Assembly (NCBI GenBank): GCA_965261645.1 | Contig: CBDHDJ010000002.1 | Location: 769,804-833,803, forward strand | Reading direction: 5' to 3' | DNA length: 64,000 bases | From: Alphaproteobacteria bacterium | GTDB lineage: Bacteria; Pseudomonadota; Alphaproteobacteria; SHVV01 | Shown: one piece after another, positions 62,270 to 64,000 of the stretch | Numbering within the stretch: position 1 is the stretch's first letter | Layout: the number at the start of each line of letters is the position of its first letter | The notes under the pieces: model-generated | What the model was told of the DNA's origin: nothing | The model's database searches: none | The model's input: only the letters and a program-made list of their open reading frames with translations | Position numbers and translations under genes: made by a program

Positions 62270-63988
62270 CTAATCCGCGACGACCGGGACCTCAATGCGC
62301 GAGGGATAACGGGCATCATGGAAGACGAACTGTGTGGCGACCCGACAGTCACTCGACGTCGCTCGCCGCGGATCCACCCCGGTGTGCGGATTGCGATCGA
62401 ACGTCGGGAAGCTGCTGCCGGCGATGTCCAGCCTGATCCGATGACCCGCCTGAAAGCAGTTTGCCATCGGTGCGAGCGCGATGCGGACCTCCTGGACGCC
62501 CTGGCTGGTACCGATATCGGAGAGCCGGGCGATCCCGTCGCAGATATTGATCGCCTGCCCGTTGGGGTGGACATCGACGAGGCGCACGACGAAGTCAACG
62601 TTTGGAACGTCAGCGGCGACGTGAAGGATAGCGATGGGAACGCCGATACAGGTCACGTCCCGGTCGAGCGTATCGCCATCGAAGACCAGCACGTCGTTGC
62701 GAATTTCCTGGCTGCGTTGGTCGACGGCGCCCATCGGCGTCGAATCGGCGTAGCAGCAACTGCGCCCGCCCAGGCTTATGACGGGAACGAGCGGGTTAGC
62801 GGAGAAGGCATCCACCGGCGCATCGCCGCTGACCGGCTCGTCCTGCAAGCGGCCCGTGCCGTTGATCGAGCACGCGCGGCCGTCACTCGCGAGATGAAGC
62901 GCTCGCGCCTGCGATCCCTTGGGTGGCCAGGCATCTTCCTCACGCCATCGGTTGCTGCCCGTCACAAAAAGCCGGACGGGCGGCTCGTCCTCGATGCCAT
63001 TGTCATCGCCGCGCAACCAGCGGCCGAAGAACTTGACCTGAATCTCGTCCATGACGTTGCGGCCTTCCGTCCCGAAGTCCACCTCGCCGACATGTTGCGA
63101 CCAGGGCATGTGATACCAAGGGCCGACGACCAGCATGTGATGAGCCTGGCCACGCTTCCGGAGCGCGACGAAATTATCGATCGTGCCTTCGAGAAATACG
63201 TCGTACCAGCCGGCGATGTGCAGCCCTGGGGCCTGCATGGCGTCATAGCTTTCCTGAGGCGCCCACTGCTTCCAATAGTCATCGTAGGTCGGATGGTCGA
63301 ACCAGTCGCTGAGGTAGGACGCATATTTTTGCTGCCATTTCGTAGGCACGGCCTCACGCACGGGCAAATGCCCGTATAAATCCGTCGTGCAGCTGAACAG
63401 ATCGGCGAGCGCCGCCTCGGCTTCCGCATCGCCGGCGAACATCGCCTGATCCTTCGCCAGCGCCGCTACCCAACTCAGGATAAAGGCGTTGTGGAATGCG
63501 CCGTTCTGGTAAGTCCAGCCCTCGCAATAGTTCCGCCCGGTCATGGCAGGGGCCATGGCCTTGAGCGCCGGCGGACTCTGCGAGGCGGCGAGGAGTTGGG
63601 TGGCGCCGGGATAGGAGAAGCCGTATGTGCCGACTGCTCCGTTGCACCACGGCTGCTCGGAGACCCAGGCGATTGCGTCGGCGCCGTCGGTAGCCTCGTG
63701 GGCGTAGGGGTAGAATACGCCACTCGAATCCCAGCGCCCGCGCACGTCCTGATGGACGACGGCGAAGCCTTGCGCGGCGTACCACGCGGGATGGGCGTAG
63801 CCCTGGTTGGTGACGTCGCGCTTGCCGTAGGGCGTCCGCACCAGGAGCGTGGGGCACGGGCCCGAATCGGGCGGCAGATAGATATCGGTGGCAAGCTCGA
63901 CGCCATCGCGCATCGCCACCCGGACACCGCTCATGATGTCGATACCGGGTAGCGAGAGGGAAGTCGGGGCAACGTTGGTTCCGGGCAT
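62270..63988 (-). CDS. CocE/NonD-family hydrolase (S15 X-Pro dipeptidyl-peptidase-like alpha/beta hydrolase)
   Basis: …GVRVAMRDGVELATDIYLPPDSGPCPTLLVRTPYGKRD…GTYGFSYPGATQ… matches CocE/NonD family. The start may be the internal ATG at 63934. Confidence 0.8.
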   Translation of the reverse strand: MPGTNVAPTSLSLPGIDIMSGVRVAMRDGVELATDIYLPPDSGPCPTLLVRTPYGKRDVTNQGYAHPAWYAAQGFAVVHQDVRGRWDSSGVFYPYAHEATDGADAIAWVSEQPWCNGAVGTYGFSYPGATQLLAASQSPPALKAMAPAMTGRNYCEGWTYQNGAFHNAFILSWVAALAKDQAMFAGDAEAEAALADLFSCTTDLYGHLPVREAVPTKWQQKYASYLSDWFDHPTYDDYWKQWAPQESYDAMQAPGLHIAGWYDVFLEGTIDNFVALRKRGQAHHMLVVGPWYHMPWSQHVGEVDFGTEGRNVMDEIQVKFFGRWLRGDDNGIEDEPPVRLFVTGSNRWREEDAWPPKGSQARALHLASDGRACSINGTGRLQDEPVSGDAPVDAFSANPLVPVISLGGRSCCYADSTPMGAVDQRSQEIRNDVLVFDGDTLDRDVTCIGVPIAILHVAADVPNVDFVVRLVDVHPNGQAINICDGIARLSDIGTSQGVQEVRIALAPMANCFQAGHRIRLDIAGSSFPTFDRNPHTGVDPRRATSSDCRVATQFVFHDARYPSRIEVPVVAD

Positions 63989-64000
63989 CGGGATTACGTC

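Overview
High-GC (about 65%) alphaproteobacterial-type chromosomal segment that is heavily colonised by insertion sequences. Roughly one third of the window is IS-derived. There are six near-identical copies of a 1,444-bp IS5/IS1182-like element (454-aa transposase; four copies with clean 4-bp target duplications). There are three copies of an IS427-like IS5-family element, two full copies plus a 3' fragment of an IS1595-family element, two copies plus a fragment of an IS3-family element (OrfA/OrfB with an A8 slippery run), another IS3 element, an IS630 element, an IS5-family element, and IS6 and IS3 remnants. Several are nested inside one another.

The interrupted host genes are the most notable feature. 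A Fur-family regulator upstream of katG is hit by three IS. flgH, a FlgN-like gene and motA are cut by IS, while flgI (with a sigma54-type promoter), a FlgJ rod-binding gene, a divergent FliX-like regulator and a DksA-like gene remain intact. A FixL-like multi-PAS histidine kinase is split by IS1595 and is also frameshifted, with its FixJ-like partner intact.

Between about 29.7 and 44.1 kb lies a lambda-like prophage remnant. It carries a methyltransferase pseudogene, a ParB-methyltransferase fusion, two DUF3489 paralogs, TerS, a frameshifted TerL, gpW, portal, an S49 protease, gpD-like, gpE-like, FII/Z/U-like genes and a truncated tail-tube gene. A DUF1971 gene and a DinJ-YafQ toxin-antitoxin module sit as inserts within it. 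The remnant ends in an antisense overlap with an unusual MotB-N-terminus/FecR-like gene.

The 3' third of the window is a putative catabolic cluster: three tandem phosphotriesterase-family paralogs (one Lys-type, two Glu-type), RidA, glyoxalase I, an NMT1/SsuA-like binding protein, an amidase, a frameshifted Rieske oxygenase alpha subunit and a CocE/NonD hydrolase. KatG and a LivK-like binding protein are also present.

Many genes carry single-nucleotide frameshifts in G/C or A runs. This indicates either active pseudogenisation (IS expansion plus gene decay) or homopolymer sequencing errors. No rRNA gene or CRISPR array was seen, and no tRNA was convincingly identified.
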